Part shown: in pieces, positions 24,870 through 33,470 of the stretch
Numbering within the stretch: position 1 is the first letter of the stretch
Layout: every line of letters starts with the position of its first letter
Source: a bacterium
GTDB taxonomy: Bacteria; UBP15; UBA6099
DNA length: 35,228 nt
Reading direction: 5' to 3'
Assembly (NCBI GenBank): GCA_029573925.1
Contig: JAKQBV010000577.1
Span: 1 to 35,228 of the forward strand
The notes under the pieces: model-generated
Databases searched by the model: none
Told to the model about the DNA's origin: nothing
What the model saw: only the letters and a program-made list of their open reading frames with translations
Made by a program: the position numbers and the translations under genes

Positions 24870-26171
24870 ATGAACAATGAAATAGAAAAAACAATAATTG
24901 ACGGCGGAGCGGTGACGCTCGTCGAGCGTATGCCATCGATGCACACCGCGTCGGTGGGATTCTGGGTGGCGTTCGGCTCCAGATTCGAGCCGGAGGGCGA
25001 CTACGGAGCGGCGCACTTCATTGAGCACATGCTGTTCAAAGGCACGCGCAGCATGGGGCCGAGAGAGCTTGCGATGGCGGTCGAGGACGTGGGCGGCTCC
25101 ATAGGCGCTTCGGCCTCCGAGGAGCGCACCCGCCTATACGCCCGCGCGCTACCCGAACATATCCCTCTCGTGATAAACATCATGGCCGACATGTTCCGCC
25201 GCTCGGTGTTCCCGGCGGATGAGTTCGACCGGGAGCGGGAAGTCGTGCTTGAAGAGATTAAAGGCCACGACGACACTCCGGAAGAAATCGTCACGGACAA
25301 TTTTATTCAGGACATTTATGGGCTTGAGGGGCTAGGCCACAGCATCCTCGGATACGAATCGGACATCGCCGGGATGACGCGCGACAAGCTGTTCGAGCTA
25401 TATGAAAAGTTTTACCGGCCCGCGCACCTCGTGGTGTCTGCGGCGGGGAATCTCGGCGGGCTGGACATCCCGGCTCTGGTCGCCAAGGCCATAGAGCCGT
25501 GCTCCCTTCCGCCATGCAAAGCGCTGGTGTCCCCTAAATCCAAACCCGACTTTGCCACTAAGGCGATTATCAGGCGCAAGGATATCCAGCAGACGCACTT
25601 CTGCCTCGGATTTCCCGGCGCGCCTTACAAAAGCCCGGACCGCTACAAATACATGCTTCTCGACATGATACTCAGCGGCGGGATGAGCAGCAGACTGTTC
25701 TACGAGGTGCGGGAACTTCGGGGCCTCGTTTACGACATCATGACGAGCAACTCCAGTTTCAGCGACACCGGTTTTTTCTACGTGTCCGCCTCGACAAGGC
25801 CTGACAACCTTGCCGAAGTGCTCGACGTGACCATATCGGAACTGAACAAAGTGGCCTCCGGCGAGGTTTCAACACAAGAGCTTGACCGCGTAAAATCGCA
25901 ACTCAAGGTTTCCATCACGATGAGCATGGAAAGCGTCGGCGGCAGAATGAGCAAGCTGGCGCAATCGGAAATCTTCTATGGAAGAAATGTGGCCGACGAG
26001 GAAATTCTGGAAAAGATATTGGAAGTCAAACCGGCAGATGTCTGCAAGCTTGCGGCAGAGGTGTTCAAAGCCGACCACGCGGTCTTCTCCGGCCTCGGCC
26101 CTTACAAGGGGAGAAAAGCCGCAACCGCCGAACGTCTCGCATTGGACTCTATATCGAAACTTTCCCGCTGA
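24870..26171 (+). CDS. M16 (pitrilysin/insulinase) family zinc peptidase
   Basis: The HxxEH zinc motif sits in GAAHFIEHMLFKGT, in a typical two-lobe M16 protein of about 430 aa. I start it at MNNEIEKT (ATG 24870). Confidence 0.85.
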   Translation: MNNEIEKTIIDGGAVTLVERMPSMHTASVGFWVAFGSRFEPEGDYGAAHFIEHMLFKGTRSMGPRELAMAVEDVGGSIGASASEERTRLYARALPEHIPLVINIMADMFRRSVFPADEFDREREVVLEEIKGHDDTPEEIVTDNFIQDIYGLEGLGHSILGYESDIAGMTRDKLFELYEKFYRPAHLVVSAAGNLGGLDIPALVAKAIEPCSLPPCKALVSPKSKPDFATKAIIRRKDIQQTHFCLGFPGAPYKSPDRYKYMLLDMILSGGMSSRLFYEVRELRGLVYDIMTSNSSFSDTGFFYVSASTRPDNLAEVLDVTISELNKVASGEVSTQELDRVKSQLKVSITMSMESVGGRMSKLAQSEIFYGRNVADEEILEKILEVKPADVCKLAAEVFKADHAVFSGLGPYKGRKAATAERLALDSISKLSR

Positions 26172-26208
26172 AACGCCTGCGCGCCCAGACTCATAACGGA
26201 CGCGCCGT

Positions 26209-26550
26209 TTACCGCTTGTAGTCGTCTTCGACGCGCACGACATCGTCGAGTTCGGGGGTGGAAACTTCGAAGAACCGGCTGTCCTCAACGGCTTCCATTC
26301 TGTGTTTTCTTCCCGGCTCAACCACCCTGTATTCGCCCGGCCCGATTACATGCTCCTCGATTTCGCCCGCCGCGTTTTCGAGCGTGAATTTTACTTTGCC
26401 TTCCATCAGATAGAGCGTTTCATGCTTGACCTTGTGGTACTGATAGCTGAGCCTGTGGCCGGCGTTTATCTCAAGGAATTTCGCCGCGTATTTCCCGTTG
26501 TCATACGCGATCCAAACTTCTCTTCCCCAAGGCTTATCGACTGTTTTCAT
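26209..26550 (-). CDS. Cupin domain protein (type II mannose-6-phosphate-isomerase-like C-terminal cupin)
   Basis: MKTVDKPWGREVWIAYDNGKYAAKFLEINAGHRLSYQYHKVKHETLYLMEG is a classic cupin motif 1 context. GGGAGGAA RBS before the ATG at 26550. Confidence 0.8.
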   Translation of the reverse strand: MKTVDKPWGREVWIAYDNGKYAAKFLEINAGHRLSYQYHKVKHETLYLMEGKVKFTLENAAGEIEEHVIGPGEYRVVEPGRKHRMEAVEDSRFFEVSTPELDDVVRVEDDYKR

Positions 26551-26628
26551 AAGGATTGTTCCTCCCGAAAAATCGCAATTCAATATTTTTTGCTCGGATT
26601 CCCCGGCATCCGCCGAATAAAGACGCTC

Positions 26629-29106
26629 TCAGAGAATCACATTTAATATAAAACCAGCTATCGAGACCGCTATTGCGGCGGCGGCGGCAAATCCGGCTGC
26701 AACCGCGACTGCGGCTCTTTCGACTGGTTCCCACAATGTTCGCGATACCGCGCCCGTAAGAACGAATACTTCCCAACCCGCAATCAAAACCGCGAAGCCC
26801 CAGAGGGGAATTGGAATAAAAGGCGCGAAGACGAAAAGCATCCTGAGAGCCGAGCAGCGCGCCGAAAGCTCAAAGATTTTTAAAGGCTCCACGCCTAGAA
26901 TCGCCGCGGATGTCATGCCTGCGGCCGCCGCGAAGAAGATTTGCGCGACGAACATGACAGCGAGCCTGACCGGGAAATGCTCGATCCACAGCTTGGCCGC
27001 CGAGATGACAGCAGGAGAAGTTGTCGCCGGGTTCAGCGGGCGCAGATCTAGCGCGGCGGACGCGGCGAAAGACATTGCTGCGGCTCCCGCAATGAGCATC
27101 GGAAGCCCGAACAGCAGGAAGCTCTTCGCGTCGTCCCGCGAGTCCCCGTCGAACGGGCGCAGTTCCTCCGGCTCAATGAGCGCCTGCCACACTCTGCCGA
27201 AGCCGCTCCAGATGGAAAATCCCGCAAGCGCCGCGACGGCCAGCAGAGCGAGTTCCGCGCCGGGGAGCCTGAATCGGAGTCTCGACCACCGCCAAGCGAC
27301 GTCTTCGGGCCGCCCCGCGCCGGATAGTTGCTGATAGACAATCTTAGGCTTGCGGTCCTCGTCGAGCAGGCCGGTGTCCACGATATGCCTTTCAACGCGC
27401 GGGCCGCCGAGGGCCGGCCCTTCGTAATCAGCCAGAGAATCAATGAAACCGCCTCCGACGTTCGAGGCCGCCGTCATGGCGTCGCGCGCCGCCGCGATAG
27501 CAAAATACTGATGAAGCTGGGAGCCTTTCAGTCCGGCGGCTCCCGCGCGCGCGTCCGCGCCAGCGCCGTATGCCAAGAGGACGAGCGGCCTTTCGGACGC
27601 CGAAATTTTCTTGGACGACAGCGCGCGCTTCAGCGACGCCGTCGAGCGGCCCGTCCAGCCCGCGTATTCCTCGAAAGCGAAAAAGTCTATTTCCTTTGGG
27701 GCCTTCCACAGGGAAACGCCCCTCGTCCCAGCATAGACAAGCCTGCCGGGGTCCGCCTTCTTGAGCCTTGCGGCAAGCCGCTCGACAGCGGCTGCGGTGG
27801 CCGGGTCGCCGACCTCTATGCCGCTACCCAATCCCCACGCGACGACGGAAGGATGGCTCTCGTCGCGGGCGACCATCTCGTCAAGCGCGGCCTCAAGCTC
27901 CGCGTATGCTGAATCTCCGCCGCGCAACTTTCCGCTGAAAGGAAGCTCCTCAAAAACGAGCAGCCCCGCTCTATCGCACATGCTTAGCAGTTCCGGATGC
28001 GGAGGCGCGACGAACCTGACCGCGTTGAACCCCGCGGCGCGAATGAATCGGATGTCTCTCTCCGCCGCCTCGCGGGTCGCGACTGGCCCCCAGCCTCCCC
28101 CGAAATGCGTCCTCCACACCACTCCGTCGAGCGTCACCCGCCCGCCGTTCAGGAGGAATCCTTTCCTATCGCGCTTGAATTCCCTAACGCCGAAATATTT
28201 CTGCGCCCCGTCCGTCATTCCTTCCGGAGTCACAGCCACCAGCCCTGCTTTATAAATCTGGGGATTCTCAGGACTCCACCGGACGGCCTGCGGCAACTCC
28301 CCCCGCCAATCAAGATAAGCGTAGCCGGAAGAGTCGGAAGACAGCAACGAATCGAAGATTGAGCCGCCCCATCCTTCCTCCGGATTTATCCTGCCGAAAA
28401 CCTGAGCCTCGCCGTCAGGAACCGCCACGCGAGCGGTCACTCTCGCGGAGGCGGTCGCCCAGTCTTCTCCGGCTGCGGCTTTTGCTCCGGCTCTCACTTC
28501 CTCGAACCTTAGCGGTCTTCTGAACTCGACGAAAACCTCCCTGAAAATCCCGCCGAAGTTCTTTTCTCCTGCGGGTGTCAGTCTCGGCCCGGCGGGCCGG
28601 TTATCCACCAGAGCCCTAAGTTCGTTCTTTCCGGGCGACACGACATACTTAGAGATATCAACCTCAAACGGCGTCTGTCTCGACGGCCTCTTCGCCGCCT
28701 TTATGTCGTTTATAAGAATCTCGACCGCGCCCGCGACTCCCTCGAAGTGGAGAATAGGCGATTCGCCCGCCCAGTCCTCGTCTATATTAAACTCTATCCT
28801 ATATTCAGCCGCGCCATCGTAGTTCTCCAGACCGGGAATGCTATTCCAGACATGCGGAACCGCCACTGTGTTCCACTCGCCGCCCGCGCCTGTCCTGAAT
28901 TCCCAGTTGCCGTTGAGCCAGAGGGTTTTCCTGAACGGGTTCGGAGGATTTTCTATGGGGTCAAAAAGAATATTTTGTTCGGAGAATCTGGGAGACGGGG
29001 CGCGGCCAAGCGCGCTCAGCGCGGCTCCCGCCGCTATGAGCAACAACAGCGCCGCTCCCGCGATGTATTGGTTCCTTGCTCTCATAAGCCGGAAAAAGTA
29101 TAGCAC
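26629..29106 (-). CDS. Glycoside hydrolase family 2-like ectodomain fused to a C-terminal polytopic membrane domain
   Basis: 825 aa with an N-terminal signal/anchor. The GH2 sugar-binding-like start is LWLNGNWEFR...VAVPHVWN. TIM-barrel-like segments are AGFNAVRFVAPPHPELLSMCDRAGLLVFEELP, ESHPSVVAWGLGSGIE and FAFEEYAGW. The last ~240 aa form about 5-6 hydrophobic helices. GTG start at 29106; ATG at 29085 is an alternative. Confidence 0.7.
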   Translation of the reverse strand: MLYFFRLMRARNQYIAGAALLLLIAAGAALSALGRAPSPRFSEQNILFDPIENPPNPFRKTLWLNGNWEFRTGAGGEWNTVAVPHVWNSIPGLENYDGAAEYRIEFNIDEDWAGESPILHFEGVAGAVEILINDIKAAKRPSRQTPFEVDISKYVVSPGKNELRALVDNRPAGPRLTPAGEKNFGGIFREVFVEFRRPLRFEEVRAGAKAAAGEDWATASARVTARVAVPDGEAQVFGRINPEEGWGGSIFDSLLSSDSSGYAYLDWRGELPQAVRWSPENPQIYKAGLVAVTPEGMTDGAQKYFGVREFKRDRKGFLLNGGRVTLDGVVWRTHFGGGWGPVATREAAERDIRFIRAAGFNAVRFVAPPHPELLSMCDRAGLLVFEELPFSGKLRGGDSAYAELEAALDEMVARDESHPSVVAWGLGSGIEVGDPATAAAVERLAARLKKADPGRLVYAGTRGVSLWKAPKEIDFFAFEEYAGWTGRSTASLKRALSSKKISASERPLVLLAYGAGADARAGAAGLKGSQLHQYFAIAAARDAMTAASNVGGGFIDSLADYEGPALGGPRVERHIVDTGLLDEDRKPKIVYQQLSGAGRPEDVAWRWSRLRFRLPGAELALLAVAALAGFSIWSGFGRVWQALIEPEELRPFDGDSRDDAKSFLLFGLPMLIAGAAAMSFAASAALDLRPLNPATTSPAVISAAKLWIEHFPVRLAVMFVAQIFFAAAAGMTSAAILGVEPLKIFELSARCSALRMLFVFAPFIPIPLWGFAVLIAGWEVFVLTGAVSRTLWEPVERAAVAVAAGFAAAAAIAVSIAGFILNVIL

Positions 29107-29136
29107 AAACCGGCGGAACGCGCTCCGCGCTCCAAC

Positions 29137-30027
29137 CTATTCGGACAGCTTTAGAATCGCGTCCAGAACCTCCGCGCGGTCCGCCGCGCCGGGGGCAAGA
29201 TAAAGATATCTATAATAATATTGTATTGCTTTGCGCCGCTCGCCTGTCATCTCGAGACATGCCGCAAGGTTGTACGCAGCCGCCGCGTTCTCAGGAGAAA
29301 TGAAGAGGTAAGCGGAGTAGTAAGCCGCCGCCGTATCGACGCGCCCTTTCTCATAGGCTGCCGCCGCCGAAGCCGCCAGATTCTTCGGCTCCGGCAAACC
29401 CCCCATCAGCTTTACCTCGTTCAATATTATCCTCAATCCGGACAGTTCGAGCCTGAAATAATCGTATTCCGGCGCATCGGGAGCAAACCCCTTTCCGAAG
29501 AAACGCCTCATGGCGTCCTCCGCCGCAGACCTCTCTCCGGCGTATAAAAGAGCCGCGACTAAGTAGTATCCGGCCTGCAGGTTCACGGGGTCCGCAGCGA
29601 GCGCGACTCTCAAATCCTCCATCGCCCGATTGGCGAAACCCCTGTTGAGCTGCGCCACCGCGCGTTCGAGCAGAAAGTGAGGATTCGGCCCGCCCAGAGC
29701 TATAGCCCTGTCGAAATCGGCGACGGCGGCGGGGTAGTCCGCCATATCCGAGCGAGCCAGCCCCCGGTTGTAGAAAGCGGCCGCGCCGGGATCAATTTTC
29801 GCCGCTCGGTCGAAGTCGGCGGCGGCGGATGCCAGACGTCCTTTTTTCAGCAGCGCTAGCCCCCTCGCGCCGCGCGCCTCGGCGTCGTCCGGCTCCAGTT
29901 CCACCGCCCGGTTGAAATCCGCGATCGCGGCGTCAAGATTGCCGGAGCGCAACAGAAGCCAGCCCCTGCTGCGCCAAGCCAGAGCCATATCAGGGTTAAG
30001 CTCGACGGCTTTGGAGTAGCTTTGCAT
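29137..30027 (-). CDS. TPR repeat protein (the ORF as delimited by its first ATG; probably the 3' part of a longer interrupted gene)
   Basis: 296 aa of consecutive TPR-like units (AVELNPDMALAWRSRGWLLLRSGNLDAAIADFNRAVELEPDDAEA...). The ATG at 30027 falls inside a TPR unit. Stop codon is TAG. Confidence 0.8.
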   Translation of the reverse strand: MQSYSKAVELNPDMALAWRSRGWLLLRSGNLDAAIADFNRAVELEPDDAEARGARGLALLKKGRLASAAADFDRAAKIDPGAAAFYNRGLARSDMADYPAAVADFDRAIALGGPNPHFLLERAVAQLNRGFANRAMEDLRVALAADPVNLQAGYYLVAALLYAGERSAAEDAMRRFFGKGFAPDAPEYDYFRLELSGLRIILNEVKLMGGLPEPKNLAASAAAAYEKGRVDTAAAYYSAYLFISPENAAAAYNLAACLEMTGERRKAIQYYYRYLYLAPGAADRAEVLDAILKLSE

Positions 30028-30228
30028 CGAGTCCGCGCCGCCGGCCAGCCCTCTGAAGAGGTGCGCTTCGGCAAGTTTCGCGCGAAGCTCCGCCGCGCGC
30101 TCCCCTTTCGCGAACTCTGCGGCCTGAGATAGATACTCTATCCTCGCCGCGTCGTCTCCCGTTTCGAGCGAAGCTTCCGCCGCCGCCTCGCAGTCCTCTA
30201 GAAAATAACACTTCCTAGATTCTTCCTA

Positions 30229-30330
30229 CGCGCCGGATGAAGACGCAAAAACGAGCAGGCACAGCGCCGCAGCCACGGAAAACACCGCCGTTTTTTGAGC
30301 CGAAACTATTCTTTCCTTTGCGCAATCCAT
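30229..30330 (-). other. Signal-peptide-encoding 34-codon segment, in frame with the TPR gene and separated from it only by TAG (30226-30228)
   Basis: The reverse complement reads MDCAKERIVSAQKTAVFSVAAALCLLVFASSSGA-TAG-EESRKCYFLEDCEAAAEASLETGDDAARIEYLSQAAEFAKGERAAELRAKLAEAHLFRGLAGGADS-M(30027). No other stop and no ATG/GTG/TTG lies between the TAG and 30027. Confidence 0.55.
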
Positions 30331-30359
30331 ATTTATATGAACCGAGCTTGGCTCAGACA

Positions 30360-30749
30360 TCAGTCGACGAAGAACGCGGTCGCCTGAGCCGCCGAAATCT
30401 TTTTGCCTTCCTGATTTGTCGCGTCGAGCCTGTACGAAGCCATTTTCTTGCCCACCCTCACAGGCTCTCCCGCCGCAGTCACCACATCGCCGATTTTTGC
30501 GGGAGCCAGATATTGAATGTCGACCTGAACAGCCACCGCCGGGCGGCTCATAGAGTTCACCGCCGCCTCGAAAGCCGCGTCCGACACCGCAAATAGGACG
30601 GAGCCGTGCGCCGTGCTGTGAATGTTGGCGTGCTCAGGCTTGATCTCAAGGCTGGCCTTCGCGCGCCCGTCTCCCACATCCGATATCCGGATTCCGAGCA
30701 TGTTGTTGAACGGGTTCTTCGCCAGTTTTTCAAGATATTCGCTGTCCAT
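30360..30749 (-). CDS. PaaI/hotdog-fold acyl-CoA thioesterase
   Basis: 129 aa. NPFNNMLGIRISDVGDGRAKASLEIKPEHANIHSTAHGSVLFAVSDAAFEAAVNS is the typical PaaI-family core. GGAGGAG RBS. Confidence 0.85.
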   Translation of the reverse strand: MDSEYLEKLAKNPFNNMLGIRISDVGDGRAKASLEIKPEHANIHSTAHGSVLFAVSDAAFEAAVNSMSRPAVAVQVDIQYLAPAKIGDVVTAAGEPVRVGKKMASYRLDATNQEGKKISAAQATAFFVD

Positions 30750-30800
30750 TTTGCTCCTCCGTCCCGCTGCCGCGCCCCTGCGCAGGGCCGTGTTGCGTCG

Positions 30801-31598
30801 TCATTTAAAATTAGGTTTCCGTTTCTCTTTCTGCGCGGTTACGCCTTCGCGAGCGTCGTCGCTCATGAAAATAGGAGCGCCAATCGCCACTTCGATGTCG
30901 AGGGCGTCAGCCAGCGATTTCCCCTGTATCTGTCGCGAGCACCTGACCATGCCCCGGATCGACTTAGGGCCGTTCGAGGCTATGATTCCGGCCAGCCCCA
31001 TCGCCTCCTCCATCAGATTCTCTCGCGGAACGACCCTGTTGAGGAAACCCCATTCGAGCAGCCGCTCCGCCGTGAAGTTGCCGCCCGTCAACAATATCTC
31101 CATAGCCCTCGCCTGCCCCACCTGCGCCGGAAGGAACACGTTCGACCCGCCTATCGGCATTATCCCCAGCGTGGTCTCCCGCATCTGAAACACCGCGTCT
31201 TCCGACGCAACCCGAAGCTCGCACCCCATCGCCATCTCGAATCCGCCGGTGAGACAGTAACCGTTCACCGCCGCTATCACGGGGCGATCCAGCGTCTTGT
31301 GCTTCAGCATCGCCTTGCCGACGGATTTGTTGTCGGACATCAGCCACTTCTCGCCCTCCGTCTCAGGCTTCCTCATGCCCGTCCATATCGGTATGGCCGT
31401 CTTGAGGTTCATGCCGGAGCAGAAAATGTCCGGCAGTTCGGAATAGAACACTACCACCCGCACCTTGTCGTCGGCTTGGCACTCTTCCCACACATTGTTC
31501 AGAGCCAGCAGTTCATCCGGGCCGAGAGCGTTCCTTGTTTCCGGGCTGTTAAGCCCGACCTTTGCAATGTGGCCTTCTTTTTCAAAAACTATTCCCAT
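30801..31598 (-). CDS. Enoyl-CoA hydratase/isomerase (crotonase) family protein
   Basis: I start it at MGIVFEKEGHIAKVGLNSPETRNAL, with a GGAGG RBS. Crotonase signatures are FCSGMNLK and PVIAAVNGYCLTGGFEMAMGCELRVAS. Confidence 0.9.
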   Translation of the reverse strand: MGIVFEKEGHIAKVGLNSPETRNALGPDELLALNNVWEECQADDKVRVVVFYSELPDIFCSGMNLKTAIPIWTGMRKPETEGEKWLMSDNKSVGKAMLKHKTLDRPVIAAVNGYCLTGGFEMAMGCELRVASEDAVFQMRETTLGIMPIGGSNVFLPAQVGQARAMEILLTGGNFTAERLLEWGFLNRVVPRENLMEEAMGLAGIIASNGPKSIRGMVRCSRQIQGKSLADALDIEVAIGAPIFMSDDAREGVTAQKEKRKPNFK

Positions 31599-31805
31599 CG
31601 TCGTCAAACCTCCGGAATGCGCCGGGCGCGTCAGTCCATACCCCCGGAACGGCATTATATGAATATATTCTTACTTGCCTTATTTGTCGATAACCAGTCC
31701 GCCATGCCGCCTGTCTGCATTCTTCCAATCATGCTTTTTCATCCCCCCTATTTCCTTTGCGGTTTTTTTTATAAACTTACATAAGATGGATTTGGAGGGG
31801 TAAAC

Positions 31806-32639
31806 ATGAAAAACAACGCCGATATCTTTCCAAACACGGGATTGAGCGTAGGCATGATATACGAAAAAGTCGTTCTGGTCTGCGGCGAAGACCCGGCAGA
31901 GACCGCGCGCGCGCTGGAGGCTCTAGGTTTAAAACCGCGCCTAGTAAAATCCAATAGAGAGTTTCACACATATTCCCTCGACGGGGACGGCGGCGGATTC
32001 ACCGTCTGCGTGACAGGCATCGGGTCGGCTTCCGTCGAAATATCAGTCACCGAACTGTATAAATGCGGGGCGAGAATCTTCGCGCACACAGGCACTTGCG
32101 GGTCGCTGTCCGGAGCCGGGCGCTCTGGAGAAGTCGCTCTTGTCGAGCGGGCGCTCAGGTTCGATGGAGCCTCGTTCCACTATTCGCCCGGAGCGTTCGG
32201 AGAAGCGGTCGCCGCCAACCCGTCTCACAATAGTTTCGCCTCCGCCGCTCTTAGAGCCGCCGGCATAGAGTTCATCTCGCGCGACATCATATCCACCGAC
32301 ACTTTTTACTGCATGGGCGCGGGCAAGGACGGAGACGGCAAAATCGTCTACCCCGGCGTCCCGCTTAAAAAAGATTTCTTCCCGCCTCCGGGATATGCCG
32401 CGTTCAAGGCTCTTCTTGATTCCGGCATCCCTTATGTGATAGACATGGAGGCGGCGGCGTTCCTCCTCATATGCTCCGAAATCGACGACAATATTTTCTA
32501 TGTTTCGCTCAAAGGGGTTTCAAACGCCGTGCCGTTCGAGCCGGGAGAACAGGTCGCGGAAACAGGAGCGGCTCTGAAGTCCGCGATTGAAGCTTCAATA
32601 GCCGTAATCGAGCGCGCAGGCTCCCGCTCCACGGCTTGA
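31806..32639 (+). CDS. Nucleoside phosphorylase family protein (PNP/UDP family 1 fold)
   Basis: 277 aa with VVLVCGEDPAETARAL, VCVTGIGSASVEISVTELYKCGARIFAHTGTCGSL and VIDMEAAAFLLIC, matching the PNP_UDP_1 pattern. GGAGGGG RBS. Confidence 0.7.
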   Translation: MKNNADIFPNTGLSVGMIYEKVVLVCGEDPAETARALEALGLKPRLVKSNREFHTYSLDGDGGGFTVCVTGIGSASVEISVTELYKCGARIFAHTGTCGSLSGAGRSGEVALVERALRFDGASFHYSPGAFGEAVAANPSHNSFASAALRAAGIEFISRDIISTDTFYCMGAGKDGDGKIVYPGVPLKKDFFPPPGYAAFKALLDSGIPYVIDMEAAAFLLICSEIDDNIFYVSLKGVSNAVPFEPGEQVAETGAALKSAIEASIAVIERAGSRSTA

Positions 32640-32674
32640 CTGTCCCGGTCATTGAAAACATTATTGTAAAAAGC

Positions 32675-32703
32675 TTGACAAATATTCAGCCAACAGCAAG
32701 AAT
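32675..32703 (+). promoter_or_regulatory. Candidate promoter for cspA (TTGACA-17 nt-AAGAAT), implying a 5' UTR of about 230 nt
   Basis: A perfect -35 TTGACA is at 32675-32680 and AAGAAT at 32698-32703. The cspA ATG is at 32940 with an AGGAGG RBS. Confidence 0.35.
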
Positions 32704-32939
32704 AACGTTGGAATTGGAAAGTCAGGTTCAAGTAAGAGGCAGGGAAAGAGAAATAAAAACTATCAATAATAAACATTTCCACAGCGTCCATTGCAAGAAT
32801 CCTGACCTGCAATTTAACCGTGCGCAAGGCGAGTTGTTTCTAAGCTGACGGGTTGGGATGCAATTCAGCAAACTATTCCTGCAAGCGGAACAACCGGCAA
32901 ACCTAGCACGAGTATTGTGAAAAGGAGGCTGGTCCTATT

Positions 32940-33137
32940 ATGAAGGGAACTGTAAAGTGGTTCAACGCGGCAAAAGGTTACGGATTCATCCAGAGGCCTG
33001 ACGGCAACGATGTTTTCGTGCACTACAGCGCAATTCAGGGCGACGGTTACAAATCGCTCGAAGAAGGTCAGGAAGTCGAATTCGACGTCGTGGCCGGACC
33101 CAAGGGCGATCAGGCATCCAACGTCAGCAAAGCCTGA
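32940..33137 (+). CDS. cspA: Cold-shock protein, CspA family
   Basis: 65 aa. [50 protein letters not shown] carries the RNP1 (KGYGFI) and RNP2 (VFVHY) motifs. Confidence 0.95.
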   Translation: MKGTVKWFNAAKGYGFIQRPDGNDVFVHYSAIQGDGYKSLEEGQEVEFDVVAGPKGDQASNVSKA

Positions 33138-33160
33138 TTTGGATTAAGAGCGCAAAACAC

Positions 33161-33197
33161 AGCCCCTCCGGTTAATCCGGCGGGGCTTTTTTATTTT
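33161..33197 (+). terminator. Rho-independent terminator of cspA
   Basis: AGCCCCTCCGG, a TTAA loop, then TCCGGCGGGGCT, followed by TTTTTTATTTT. Confidence 0.8.
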
Positions 33198-33288
33198 GTC
33201 CGCTTCGGGTTATCAAACAGCGTCAAGCGCATGATAAACGCCTCATTCTATACATATTATTAGATGACTCACCCACTTAAATGTGTGA

Positions 33289-33317
33289 CATGCTCAAAGT
33301 TCTTTCCTTTGAGCATG
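33289..33317. other. Perfect 11-bp inverted repeat (hairpin) in an AT-rich convergent intergenic region
   Basis: CATGCTCAAAG (33289-33299), loop TTCTTTC, then CTTTGAGCATG (33307-33317). No flanking U-run on either strand. Confidence 0.5.
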
Positions 33318-33470
33318 AGGCAGTTATCGCAAATTGACAGTGGGAAGTTTCATTTAATTTTTAGTATATCAGCAATTTTTTCTGTGGATTTATAAATATA
33401 TGCAACAACGGCGCGACAGCGCTCTAGTCTAAAATCATTCCACACTTTGATTATTCTGTCACGCGGCGCA

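Noticed and set aside
24768-25028. N-terminal extension of the methylase ORF up to 25028
   Set aside because: The extension runs into the high-GC divergent M16 peptidase gene and has junk-like composition. The GC drop that marks the island begins near 24790. Methylase motif I is already at a normal distance from the start at 24767 or 24734.
26172-26208. Small stem AACGG-ACGCG-CCGTT between the convergent M16 peptidase and cupin genes, as a bidirectional terminator
   Set aside because: Only a 5-bp stem with no flanking T or A runs, which is too weak to call.
30226-30228. Genome-wide reassignment of TAG to a sense codon as the explanation for the in-frame amber
   Set aside because: TAG ends two well-delimited genes in this window, at sensible places: skp (9950-9952) and the same TPR gene (29137-29139). 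The code therefore looks standard, and only local read-through or mutation remains plausible.
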